Positions 9,588 to 18,189 of a stretch of 64,000 nt of DNA are shown here, in pieces. Below the pieces are notes generated by a model. That model made no database searches. It was not told the DNA's origin and saw nothing but the letters and a program-made list of their open reading frames with translations. Source of the DNA: Alphaproteobacteria bacterium (GTDB lineage: Bacteria > Pseudomonadota > Alphaproteobacteria > UBA828); assembly GCA_965237415.1 (NCBI GenBank), contig CBDEFM010000002.1, forward strand, positions 384,001-448,000, read 5' to 3'. The translations under genes were made by a program, and so were the position numbers. Position 1 is the first letter of the stretch; the number at the start of each line of letters is the position of its first letter.

Positions 9588-10742
9588 ATGTCACCGACCG
9601 ACCGAGACACCAACCTCGACCCCGTCGCATTCATCGACCTCGGCGCGCAGTACCGGCGCCTCAAGGCCGATATCGACGCCGCCATCGCCGGTGTCCTGGA
9701 GGATGGCCGCTTCGTCTTGGGGCCGGCGGTGGCCGAGCTTGAGGCGGCGCTCGCCGCGCGGGCCGGTGCCGCCCACGCGGTTACCTGCGCGAGCGGCACC
9801 GATGCCCTGCTGATCGCGTTGATGGCCGAGGGGATCGGGCCGGGCGATGCGGTCTTCGTGCCCGGTTTCACCTTTCCCGCGACCGCCGGCGTCGTGGCGC
9901 TGGTGGGGGCCGCGCCGGTCTTCGTCGATGTGGCGGAAGAAAGCTGCATGATGGACCCCGCCGACCTTGCGATGCGGGCAGACCGCGTGGCGGACGAGGG
10001 ACGGCTCGTGCCACGCGCGGTGATTGCGGCGGACCTCTTCGGCCAAGCGGCAGACTATGACGCGCTCGCGCCGATCGCGGCGGAGCGGGGAATGCTGCTG
10101 ATCGACGATGCGGCCCAGAGCTTCGGCGGGGCAAGCGGCGGCCGGCCGGTCGGGGCGCTCGCGCCGGTCACCTCCACCAGCTTCTACCCGGCCAAGCCGC
10201 TCGGCGGCTATGGGGACGGTGGCGCGCTCTTCACCGACGATGCGGCGCAGGCCGCGCGCTGGCGCTCGATCCGCCAGCACGGCCAGGGCGACGGCAAGTA
10301 CGACATCGTTCGGGTCGGCCTCAACAGCCGTCTCGATACCCTCCAGGCCGCGGTTCTGCTGGTCAAACTGCCCGCCTTCGATGCCGAGATCGACGCCCGT
10401 GAGCGGGTGGCGGCGCTCTACGACTCGGTGCTTGCCGGGGCCGTCGGGCTGCCGGGTCGGCTGCCCGAGCGTCGCTCCACCTGGACGCAGTACACGATCC
10501 GGCTGGATCGGCGCGACGAGGTTCAGGCGGCGCTGGCAGCGCAGGGAATCCCGACCGCGATCCACTATCCGGTGCCGATGCACCTGCAGCCGGTCTACCG
10601 CGGCTGGGGCGAGGGGTCAGGCTCGCTGCCGGTCAGCGAGCGCCTGAGCCGCCAGGTTCTTTGCCTGCCCATGCACGCCGACCTCGACGAGCCGACGGCC
10701 ATGCGAATCGCCCGCGCCGTGCGGGACGCGGTCGGCAGCTGA
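9588..10742 (+). CDS. DegT/DnrJ/EryC1/StrS family PLP-dependent sugar aminotransferase
   Basis: FIDL.AQY, ASGTDAL, DDAAQS, SFYPAKPLGGYGDGG, NSRLDTLQAA, HYPVP. Confidence 0.93.
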   Translation: MSPTDRDTNLDPVAFIDLGAQYRRLKADIDAAIAGVLEDGRFVLGPAVAELEAALAARAGAAHAVTCASGTDALLIALMAEGIGPGDAVFVPGFTFPATAGVVALVGAAPVFVDVAEESCMMDPADLAMRADRVADEGRLVPRAVIAADLFGQAADYDALAPIAAERGMLLIDDAAQSFGGASGGRPVGALAPVTSTSFYPAKPLGGYGDGGALFTDDAAQAARWRSIRQHGQGDGKYDIVRVGLNSRLDTLQAAVLLVKLPAFDAEIDARERVAALYDSVLAGAVGLPGRLPERRSTWTQYTIRLDRRDEVQAALAAQGIPTAIHYPVPMHLQPVYRGWGEGSGSLPVSERLSRQVLCLPMHADLDEPTAMRIARAVRDAVGS

Positions 10743-10752
10743 CGGCGCGCCG

Positions 10753-11616
10753 ATGGGAGGCGAAGGGCCGCACGGCGTCGTCTTCGGTGCGTCCAGCTTC
10801 GTTGGCCGGCACTTGCTCCGGCGCCTCGCGGAGCGCGGGGTCACGGGGCAGTGCCTGAGCCGGTGCTCTTCGCCTGCGCCGCATGAGGAGTCGCAGGGCT
10901 TTTCCTGGCGCGTTCTTTCGGCGGAAGGGGAGCTGCGCGTTCCCGACGCTGCGGACCTGTTCTCTCTCGTGCCCATCGCCGCGCTGCCGCCACTGATCGC
11001 ACGGATGACGGGAGGTAGAAGGCTGGTCGCGTTGAGCACGGCCAGCGTGATATACGCGACGAGCAGTTCCGACCCCGCCGAGCGGGCCGGGTCGGAAGAG
11101 GTCCGGCGAGCCGAGGAAGACGTGGGGCGGCTTTGTCGGGAGAGGGGGATCGTCTGGACGATCTTGAGGCCGACCCTGATTTACGATCCGGGGCGCGACC
11201 GCAATGTCAGCGCTATTGCCGCCGTGGCGCGGCGCTTCGGGTTCGTGCCCGTCGCATGGCCCGCCACCGGGCGCCGCCAGCCGATCCACGCCGATGACGT
11301 GGCGCAGGCCATGGTCGCCGCCCTCGACGCGCCTGGTGCCGCCGATGCGATATTGGGCCTGCCCGGCGGCGAGTCGCTGACATACCGGGACATGGTTCGC
11401 CGGATTTTCCGGTCCCTGGGGCGGCGCCCCATCCTGCTTTACCTGCCGCTCTGGCCCGCGCGGTTGGCCTTCCGCGTATGGCTGCTGCTGACGGGTGCCG
11501 GTTACAGTGCCGCGAGCCTCGAGCGGATGAATATGGACCTGACGCTCGATCCGGATTCGGCGCTGGAGGTGCTCGAACTGACCTTCCGGCCGTTCCGCCC
11601 CGAGTTTTCCGAGTGA
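10753..11616 (+). CDS. NAD-dependent epimerase/dehydratase family protein (atypical SDR)
   Basis: N-terminal VFGASSFVG, WTILRPTLIY, QPIHADDVA. Confidence 0.82.
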   Translation: MGGEGPHGVVFGASSFVGRHLLRRLAERGVTGQCLSRCSSPAPHEESQGFSWRVLSAEGELRVPDAADLFSLVPIAALPPLIARMTGGRRLVALSTASVIYATSSSDPAERAGSEEVRRAEEDVGRLCRERGIVWTILRPTLIYDPGRDRNVSAIAAVARRFGFVPVAWPATGRRQPIHADDVAQAMVAALDAPGAADAILGLPGGESLTYRDMVRRIFRSLGRRPILLYLPLWPARLAFRVWLLLTGAGYSAASLERMNMDLTLDPDSALEVLELTFRPFRPEFSE

Positions 11617-11665
11617 CCGATCGTCCCAAGCGCGAACGCCGGCGGCAACGAGGCCGACGCGCACC

Positions 11666-12877
11666 GTGAGCCGGGAACCGGCATCGGCGACGGCCACCCG
11701 CTGGGACATCGTGCTGATGGCGCTCGGCGCCGGGATCCTCGCCGGCTTTCAAGTCGGCAAGGTGCCGCCGGCACTGCCGGTGCTGCGCGAAAGCCTCGGG
11801 CTCGATTTCGTCACCGCGGGCTGGCTCACCTCGATCTACTACGCGATCGGCGCCGCCCTCGGCGTCGCCGTCGGGCTGCTTTCCGACCGCGCCGGCCCGC
11901 GCCGCCTGATGCTCTTAGGTGTGGCCTTCCTCGGCGCGGGCAGCCTGCTGGGCGGGCTGGTGAGCGGCAGCACCTGGCTGCTGATCGCGCGCTTCGTCGA
12001 AGGGTTCGGCTTCGTCGGCGTCACGGTGACGGCGCCCAAGCTGATCGCGACCGCGACGCGTCCCCGCGATTACGGCCTCGCCTTCGGCATCTGGGGCGCC
12101 TACATGCCGATCGGTATGGCAATCGCGATGCTGATGGCGCCGGCGCTGCTCGATGCCCTCGGCTGGCGCGGCTTCTGGCTCGTCAGCGCGGCATTGGTGG
12201 CCCTCTTTATGGTGGCGCTGGGCTGGAGCCTGCATCCGCGGCGCTGGCCGGCCACCTTCGACGCCGAGGCGCTCGATTGGTCCGGCGTGCGCGCGACGCT
12301 CGCTCGGGCAGCGCTCTGGCTCTTCGGACTCTCGTTCGCGCTCTACACGCTGCAGTGGTTCGCCATCATGACGTGGCTGCCGACCTTCCTGATCGAGACT
12401 CAAGGGCGCAGCGCGGCCGGCGCGGCCGTCTGGGGCGCGATGGTGGTGGCGAGCAACGCCCTCGGCAACTTTGCCGCCGCTTGGCTGATGCACCGTCACG
12501 TGCGGCGCTGGGTGCTGATCGGGATCGCCTTCTGCGCGATGGGCGGGTCCTCCGCCGGCATCTTCCTGACCGGAACGCCGGCCGACCTCAAGATCGTGCT
12601 TGCCTTCGTGTTCAGCGCTGTCGGCGGCCTGCTGCCGGCGGCGGCGATCGCCGGTGCGGCCGCTCATGCGCCACGGGCTGCCTTCGTCGCCATGGCCAGC
12701 GGCTTCGTGGTGCAGGGCGCCGCGCTCGGCAGCCTTCTCGGGCCACCGGTGATGGCCACCGCGGTCGAAGGCCTCGGCGGCTGGGCCGCGTCCTGGTGGG
12801 TGATGCTCGCGGTCTCGGGCATCGGCCTCGGTCTCGTGGCCGGCCTCATCGTGGCCGAGCGCCCCTCCCGCATCTGA
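11666..12877 (+). CDS. MFS transporter (CynX/NimT-like)
   Basis: About 12 hydrophobic segments; motif A G.LSDRAGPRR; GKVPPALP; R..EG motif. Confidence 0.88.
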   Translation: MSREPASATATRWDIVLMALGAGILAGFQVGKVPPALPVLRESLGLDFVTAGWLTSIYYAIGAALGVAVGLLSDRAGPRRLMLLGVAFLGAGSLLGGLVSGSTWLLIARFVEGFGFVGVTVTAPKLIATATRPRDYGLAFGIWGAYMPIGMAIAMLMAPALLDALGWRGFWLVSAALVALFMVALGWSLHPRRWPATFDAEALDWSGVRATLARAALWLFGLSFALYTLQWFAIMTWLPTFLIETQGRSAAGAAVWGAMVVASNALGNFAAAWLMHRHVRRWVLIGIAFCAMGGSSAGIFLTGTPADLKIVLAFVFSAVGGLLPAAAIAGAAAHAPRAAFVAMASGFVVQGAALGSLLGPPVMATAVEGLGGWAASWWVMLAVSGIGLGLVAGLIVAERPSRI

Positions 12878-13012
12878 CGCCGATCGTCCCGGCCGATGTC
12901 GACACGCTGGTGACTGTCAGCCGGTTCCGGGAGGAATGCGTGCGGCCGGCTGCCCGTGCCGATTCCGGCGTGATACCATGCCCCCGCTGCTTCCAACCGG
13001 TGCGGTTGAGTC

Positions 13013-13798
13013 ATGAACCAGAGTAAGGAATTGCTTGCCGGAAGGCGGGCCCTCGTCACGGGTGCGGCCACCGGCATCGGACGCGCCATTGCAGAGGCCT
13101 TCGCTCGCGAGGGCGCGCTGGTCGCCGTCAGCGACATCAGCCTCGACGGGGCTCGCGATGTCGCCGAACGCCTCGGCGACAGCACGCGCGCCTACAGGCT
13201 TGACGTCACCGACGCGGCGGAGACCGCGAGTGTCTTCCGCAGCGCTGCCGACTGGATGGGAGGTCTCGATCTGCTTGCCGCCAACGCGGGCATTTCGACG
13301 ATGAACCCCGTGGCCGACCTCACCGAGGAGGAATGGGACTCCAACATGGCGGTGAATGCCAAGGGCGTTTTCCTCTCCAACCGGGAGGCCGTGCGTCACT
13401 TTCTCGCCGCCGGTGAGAAGGGCGCGATCGTCAACACGGCCTCGCTTGCCGGCAAGATCGGCGCGCCCTACCTCGCGCACTACGCGGCCAGCAAGTTTGC
13501 CGTGATCGGGTTCACGCAATCGCTGGCGCGGGAGGTCGGCGAACACGGCATTCGCGTCAATGCGGTCTGTCCCGGCTATGTGCGCACGTCCATGCAGGAC
13601 CGCGAAGTCGTGTGGGAGGGCAAGCTGCGCAGCATGACTGCGGAGGCCGTCCGCGAAGAGTATGTGGCCGCAACACCCTTGGCCCGGCTCGAGGAGCCCG
13701 AGGACGTTGCTGCGATCGTCGTCTTTCTGGCGAGCGATCTTTCCGGTTTTCTGACTGGCGAGGCGATCAATGCCAGCGGCGGCGTGCTGATGGACTGA
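13013..13798 (+). CDS. SDR family NAD(P)-dependent oxidoreductase (polyol/sugar dehydrogenase-like)
   Basis: TGAATGIG, NAG, catalytic YAASK, NAVCPG. Confidence 0.92.
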   Translation: MNQSKELLAGRRALVTGAATGIGRAIAEAFAREGALVAVSDISLDGARDVAERLGDSTRAYRLDVTDAAETASVFRSAADWMGGLDLLAANAGISTMNPVADLTEEEWDSNMAVNAKGVFLSNREAVRHFLAAGEKGAIVNTASLAGKIGAPYLAHYAASKFAVIGFTQSLAREVGEHGIRVNAVCPGYVRTSMQDREVVWEGKLRSMTAEAVREEYVAATPLARLEEPEDVAAIVVFLASDLSGFLTGEAINASGGVLMD

Positions 13799-13816
13799 GC
13801 CCGGAGCAGGGACGTC

Positions 13817-14623
13817 ATGGCTTGGTTGAAGGATTGTACGGGCACGGGCAAGCCCGTCATCGCGATGGCCCATTTGTTGCCGCTGCCTGGGGCTCCGCTC
13901 TACGACGCCGGTGGCGGCATGCAGGCCATCGTCGACCATGTCGCACGTGATCTCGAAGCTCTCCAGGCCGGCGGCGTCGATGCCGTCATGTTCGGCAACG
14001 AAGGCGACCGGCCTTACCTGCTGGAGGCCTCGCCGGAAAGCCTCGCGGCCATGGCGGCCGTCATCGCGGCGGTCAAGGGGGCGCTGCACGTTCCGTTCGG
14101 TGTCAACTATCTCTGGGATCCGGTGGCGACCGTGGCGCTGGCTGTCGCGACGGATGCCGTCTTCGCGCGCGAAATCTTCACCGGGGTCTACGATTCCGAC
14201 ATGGGTCTGTGGCAGCCCTCCGCCGCCCGGGCGCTCCGCTTGCGCCACGACCTCGGCCGCGACGATCTCAAGCTCATGTTCAACATCAATGCCGAGTTTG
14301 CCGCGCCGCTGGGAGCCCGTTCCGTTGAGGCGCGGGCCGCAAGCGCCGTCTTTTCGTCGCTCGCCGACGCCGTTCTCGTCTCGGGTCCGATGACCGGCCA
14401 GGCGGTGGACCAGGCAAGCCTCGAGCGTGTTGCGAGCGCCGTCCCCGGCACGCCGGTCCTCGCCAACACCGGCTGCACCGTCGACAACATCGCCGATATT
14501 CTGAAGGTGGCCGATGGCTGCATCGTCGGTACCCATTTCAAGATCGATGGCGATACCTGGAACGCCGTCGACCGGGACCGCGTCGCGCGCTTCATGGAGG
14601 TCGTCTCGAAGGTTCGCGGGTGA
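13817..14623 (+). CDS. BtpA/SgcQ family TIM-barrel protein
   Basis: KPVIAM.HL.PLPG.P, GNEGDRPY, PFGVN.LWD, SGPMTG, ADG.IVGT.FK. Confidence 0.9.
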   Translation: MAWLKDCTGTGKPVIAMAHLLPLPGAPLYDAGGGMQAIVDHVARDLEALQAGGVDAVMFGNEGDRPYLLEASPESLAAMAAVIAAVKGALHVPFGVNYLWDPVATVALAVATDAVFAREIFTGVYDSDMGLWQPSAARALRLRHDLGRDDLKLMFNINAEFAAPLGARSVEARAASAVFSSLADAVLVSGPMTGQAVDQASLERVASAVPGTPVLANTGCTVDNIADILKVADGCIVGTHFKIDGDTWNAVDRDRVARFMEVVSKVRG

Positions 14624-16146
14624 TGAGCTGTCTGCTCGGCCTCGATATCGGGACGACATCGACAATCGGTATTCTGATCGATACCGAGGGTGGCGTCCTC
14701 GCCACCGCGTCGCGGCCGAACGCGCTCGTCTCCCGCCACGCCAACTGGGCCGAAGAGGATACCGAGCTCTGGTGGTCCAACGTCTGCGACCTGGTGCCGG
14801 ACCTACTGCGGACCGCTAGGCTCGACGCAGGCGCGATCGCGGCGGTCGGTGTGACCGGGATGGTGCCCACGGTGATCCTTCTCGATGCATCGGGCCGGCC
14901 GCTGCGCCCGTCGATCCAGCAGAACGATGCCCGCGCAGTCGATGAAATCGAGGAGCTGAAGCGGCTCGTCGACGGCGACGACTGGTTCCGGCGCACCGGG
15001 GGCAGCATCAATCAGCAGGTCGTGGCGCCCAAGCTTCTCTGGCTCGCGCGTCACGAGCCCGAATGCTTCCGCCAGGCGAAGACCGTGATGGGGTCCTACG
15101 ACTACATCACGTTCCGGCTGACCGAAGCCGTCTCTATCGAAGGGAACTGGGCGCTCGAGGCGGGGTTCTACAATCTCGCGCGAGGCGGCCTCGACGAGGA
15201 TCTGGTTCGCCTCGGCGGAATATCGCTCGACCGGTTGCCGCCGTTGCGGGCCTCTGGCGAACCCGCAGGCGCGGTCACGCGGCAGGCAGCGGAGGAGACC
15301 GGCCTCGTCCCTGGGACGCCGGTGGTGACCGGTTGCGCCGACCATATCGCGTCGGCGTTCGTCGCCGGTGCCTGCGATCAGGGCGATCTGGTGGTCAAGT
15401 TCGGGGGTGCCGGGGACATCATGCTCACATGTCAGCGTCCGGTGACCGACCCGCGCATGTTCATCGACTTTCACATCGTGCCGGACCTCTACGTCAGCAA
15501 TGGCTGCATGGCCGCGAGCGGAAGTGTGCTGAATTGGGTTGTGGCGCAGCTCGGGCAGGCGGACGCCGAAGCTGCGCGGGCCGCCGGGCAGACGCCTCAC
15601 GCCTGGCTGGATGACCAGGCACATGACCTGCCGCCGGGAGCCGGCGGCCTCGTGCTGCTGCCGTACTTCCTCGGGGAGAAGACGCCCCTGCACGATCCCC
15701 GTGCGAAGGGCACGCTGGTCGGCCTCGGGCTCCACCACGAGTTGCGCCATATCTGGCGTGCCGCGCTCGAATCGGTGGCGTTCGGCTTCCGTCACCACAT
15801 GGATGTGTTCGAGGAGATGGACTGCGGCGTCGGCCGGGTTCTGGCGTGCGACGGCGGTGCAGCCAGCGATCTCTGGATGCAGATTACGGCCGATATCCTC
15901 GAAAGACCGGTGGAACGGCTGCTCGAACATCCCGGCTCCAGCCTCGGTGCGGCCTTCGTGGCGGGCATGGGCACGGGCGCGCTCGACGATTGGTCGGCGA
16001 TCGGTCGCTACGCCCGGTGCGATCGCATCTTCGAACCCGACGACAGCCGGACCGACGCCTACCGCAACGCCTACGGCATCTATCGCGATCTCTACCGCCG
16101 GCTGGAAACGCTCTATCCATCGCTTGCCGACCTGCCCGCCGCCTGA
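14620..16146 (+). CDS. FGGY-family carbohydrate kinase (xylulokinase-like)
   Basis: GLDIGTTS, PKLLW, G.ADH, LPYFLGEKTP, GGAAS.LW.QI.AD. Confidence 0.92.
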   Translation: MMSCLLGLDIGTTSTIGILIDTEGGVLATASRPNALVSRHANWAEEDTELWWSNVCDLVPDLLRTARLDAGAIAAVGVTGMVPTVILLDASGRPLRPSIQQNDARAVDEIEELKRLVDGDDWFRRTGGSINQQVVAPKLLWLARHEPECFRQAKTVMGSYDYITFRLTEAVSIEGNWALEAGFYNLARGGLDEDLVRLGGISLDRLPPLRASGEPAGAVTRQAAEETGLVPGTPVVTGCADHIASAFVAGACDQGDLVVKFGGAGDIMLTCQRPVTDPRMFIDFHIVPDLYVSNGCMAASGSVLNWVVAQLGQADAEAARAAGQTPHAWLDDQAHDLPPGAGGLVLLPYFLGEKTPLHDPRAKGTLVGLGLHHELRHIWRAALESVAFGFRHHMDVFEEMDCGVGRVLACDGGAASDLWMQITADILERPVERLLEHPGSSLGAAFVAGMGTGALDDWSAIGRYARCDRIFEPDDSRTDAYRNAYGIYRDLYRRLETLYPSLADLPAA

Positions 16147-16164
16147 CCGTGTGGAGAATCCGGG

Positions 16165-17262
16165 TTACGTCACGGCGCGTCCCGTGTCGGCGTCGAAGAA
16201 ATGCAGGCGTTCGAGATCGACGTGGAGCTCGACTTCGGAGCCTGCCGGCGCTGCGAAGTCGCTCTCGAGCCGGGCCGAGACTTCCTGGCCGCCCGGCAGG
16301 GCTGCCACCAGGATCACTTCTGGCCCGAGCGCCTCCACTGCCACCACAGTGACGATTATCGCGCCATGCTGAGCGGCGGAGGGATGGACGTCGAGATCCT
16401 CGGGCCGGATGCCCAGCGTGATCGTCCTCCCGGCCCGGTCGCGTAGCGCCTCCTTATGGTCCGCAAGCAAGGGCAGGCTGATCGGTGGCAGTTCGACGGC
16501 ATCCAGGCCCGTCGGGCCGCCGAACCGGGCATCGAGCAGGTTCATCGGCGGGCTGGCGAGAAAGCCTGCAACGAAGGTGTCGGCCGGGTTGCGGTAGACC
16601 TCCAGCGGGGGTCCGACCTGGACAATCCGGCCATCGCGCATGATGCAGATCCTCTCGCCCATCGTCATCGCCTCGACCTGGTCGTGCGTGACATGCACGA
16701 TGGTCCTGCCCAGCATGCGGTGAAGCTTGATCAGTTCCGTGCGCATCGCGGCGCGTAGCTTGGCATCCAGATTGGAGAGCGGCTCGTCGAACAGGAACGC
16801 CGCAGGATCGCGGACCAGGGCGCGGCCAAGTGCCACCCTCTGCTGCTGACCGCCGCTCAGTTGCCGCGGGCGGCGTTTCAGCAAGTCCCCGATCCCGAGC
16901 ATGTTTGCCGTCGCGGCAATACGCCGATCGATTTCGTCGCGCGGGAGCTTGCGCAGCTTGAGGCCGAAAGAGAGGTTTCCCGCGACGCTCATATGCGGGT
17001 AAAGCGCATAGTTCTGGAAGACGACGGCGAGGTCGCGCTCCGCGGGATCGACATCGTTGACGACGGCGCCGTCGATCGTGATCTCGCCCGAGGTGATCGC
17101 CTCGAGGCCAGCGATCATTCTCAGGGTTGTGGACTTTCCACACCCCGACGGCCCCAGCAGAACCATGAACTCGCCGTCCCGGACATCGAGGTCGATCCTG
17201 TCGACGGCGGTGACATCCTGTCCGTAAACCTTGGTGAGGTTCCGCAGCCCGATCTCGGCCAC
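16165..17262 (-). CDS. Carbohydrate ABC transporter ATP-binding protein (MalK/UgpC-like)
   Basis: GPSGCGKS, VFQNYALYPHM, LSGGQ, FDEPLSNLD, VTHDQ, C-terminal TOBE. Confidence 0.95.
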   Translation of the reverse strand: MAEIGLRNLTKVYGQDVTAVDRIDLDVRDGEFMVLLGPSGCGKSTTLRMIAGLEAITSGEITIDGAVVNDVDPAERDLAVVFQNYALYPHMSVAGNLSFGLKLRKLPRDEIDRRIAATANMLGIGDLLKRRPRQLSGGQQQRVALGRALVRDPAAFLFDEPLSNLDAKLRAAMRTELIKLHRMLGRTIVHVTHDQVEAMTMGERICIMRDGRIVQVGPPLEVYRNPADTFVAGFLASPPMNLLDARFGGPTGLDAVELPPISLPLLADHKEALRDRAGRTITLGIRPEDLDVHPSAAQHGAIIVTVVAVEALGPEVILVAALPGGQEVSARLESDFAAPAGSEVELHVDLERLHFFDADTGRAVT

Positions 17263-17274
17263 CTCGCATCCCTC

Positions 17275-18171
17275 CTACGTCAGCGACCGCATGTAGCGAT
17301 ACAGAAAGACCGTCAGCACGATGATGATGATGAGCAATCCCACCGCCATCGCCGATGCGCGTCCGATATCGAGACCGAAAAAGGCTGCGCGATAAATGAA
17401 ATAGCTGATGAAATCGGTGGCGGTGCCGGGGCCGCCCTTGGTCATGATGAAGACGATATCGAACGTCTTGATCGCGAAAATCATGCGCAGAAGGAGCGCA
17501 ACGGCAATGACCGGCCGCATCAGCGGCAAGGTGATGTAGACGAAGCAGCGCAACGCCGAAGCTCCGTCCATGCGCGCTGCTTCATAGGGCTCGCGGGGCA
17601 GGGCAGAGAGGCCGGCCAGAAGCAGGATCGCCATGAACGATACCTGGTGCCATATGTCGGTCAGCACCACGGTCCAAAATGCCGTCGTGGGATCGCCGAG
17701 CCAGCTCACCGGCCTGATTCCGACGAGGCCGATGGCGTAGTTGACGATACCGAGTTCGGAATGGAGCAGCATGCGCCACAACAGCCCGACCACCACGGGG
17801 TTGATGAGCAGCGGCGCAAGCAGGATCAGGTAGTAGACCGTCTTGAACCGGTCGATGGCGTTGAGCGAGAGCGCCACGACGAAGCCCATGATGAATTCGA
17901 TAACGACCGAGGCCAGAACGAACTTCGTCGTCACCCACAGCGAGCCCGGAAGGTACTCCTCGTCGGCTGCCTCCTGATACTTTTCTCCGCCGACGAACGT
18001 GTCGTGATTGGGGGTGAGCAGGGTGTAGTCGTAAAAGCTCGTGAAGATGGTGAAAATCAGCGGGAAGGTGATGACGACCAGCAACACAGCGAGACCCGGC
18101 GCAGTGAGAAGATACCCAAAGCGCCGGTCCCGCTGTGTCAGCGTCAAATTGCCACCCGTTACAGGTGACAT
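17275..18171 (-). CDS. Carbohydrate ABC transporter permease (MalF-like)
   Basis: EAARMDGAS loop; MTKGGPG motif; TM helices. Confidence 0.93.
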   Translation of the reverse strand: MSPVTGGNLTLTQRDRRFGYLLTAPGLAVLLVVITFPLIFTIFTSFYDYTLLTPNHDTFVGGEKYQEAADEEYLPGSLWVTTKFVLASVVIEFIMGFVVALSLNAIDRFKTVYYLILLAPLLINPVVVGLLWRMLLHSELGIVNYAIGLVGIRPVSWLGDPTTAFWTVVLTDIWHQVSFMAILLLAGLSALPREPYEAARMDGASALRCFVYITLPLMRPVIAVALLLRMIFAIKTFDIVFIMTKGGPGTATDFISYFIYRAAFFGLDIGRASAMAVGLLIIIIVLTVFLYRYMRSLT

Positions 18172-18189
18172 ATGCGTGCGGCTGGCCCG

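Noticed and set aside
5861-9949. 1362-aa ORF suggesting a giant hydantoinase fusion
   Set aside because: The upstream part is an off-frame, Arg/Gly/Pro-rich overlap of pepM and the DegT gene; only 5861-7708 has family motifs.
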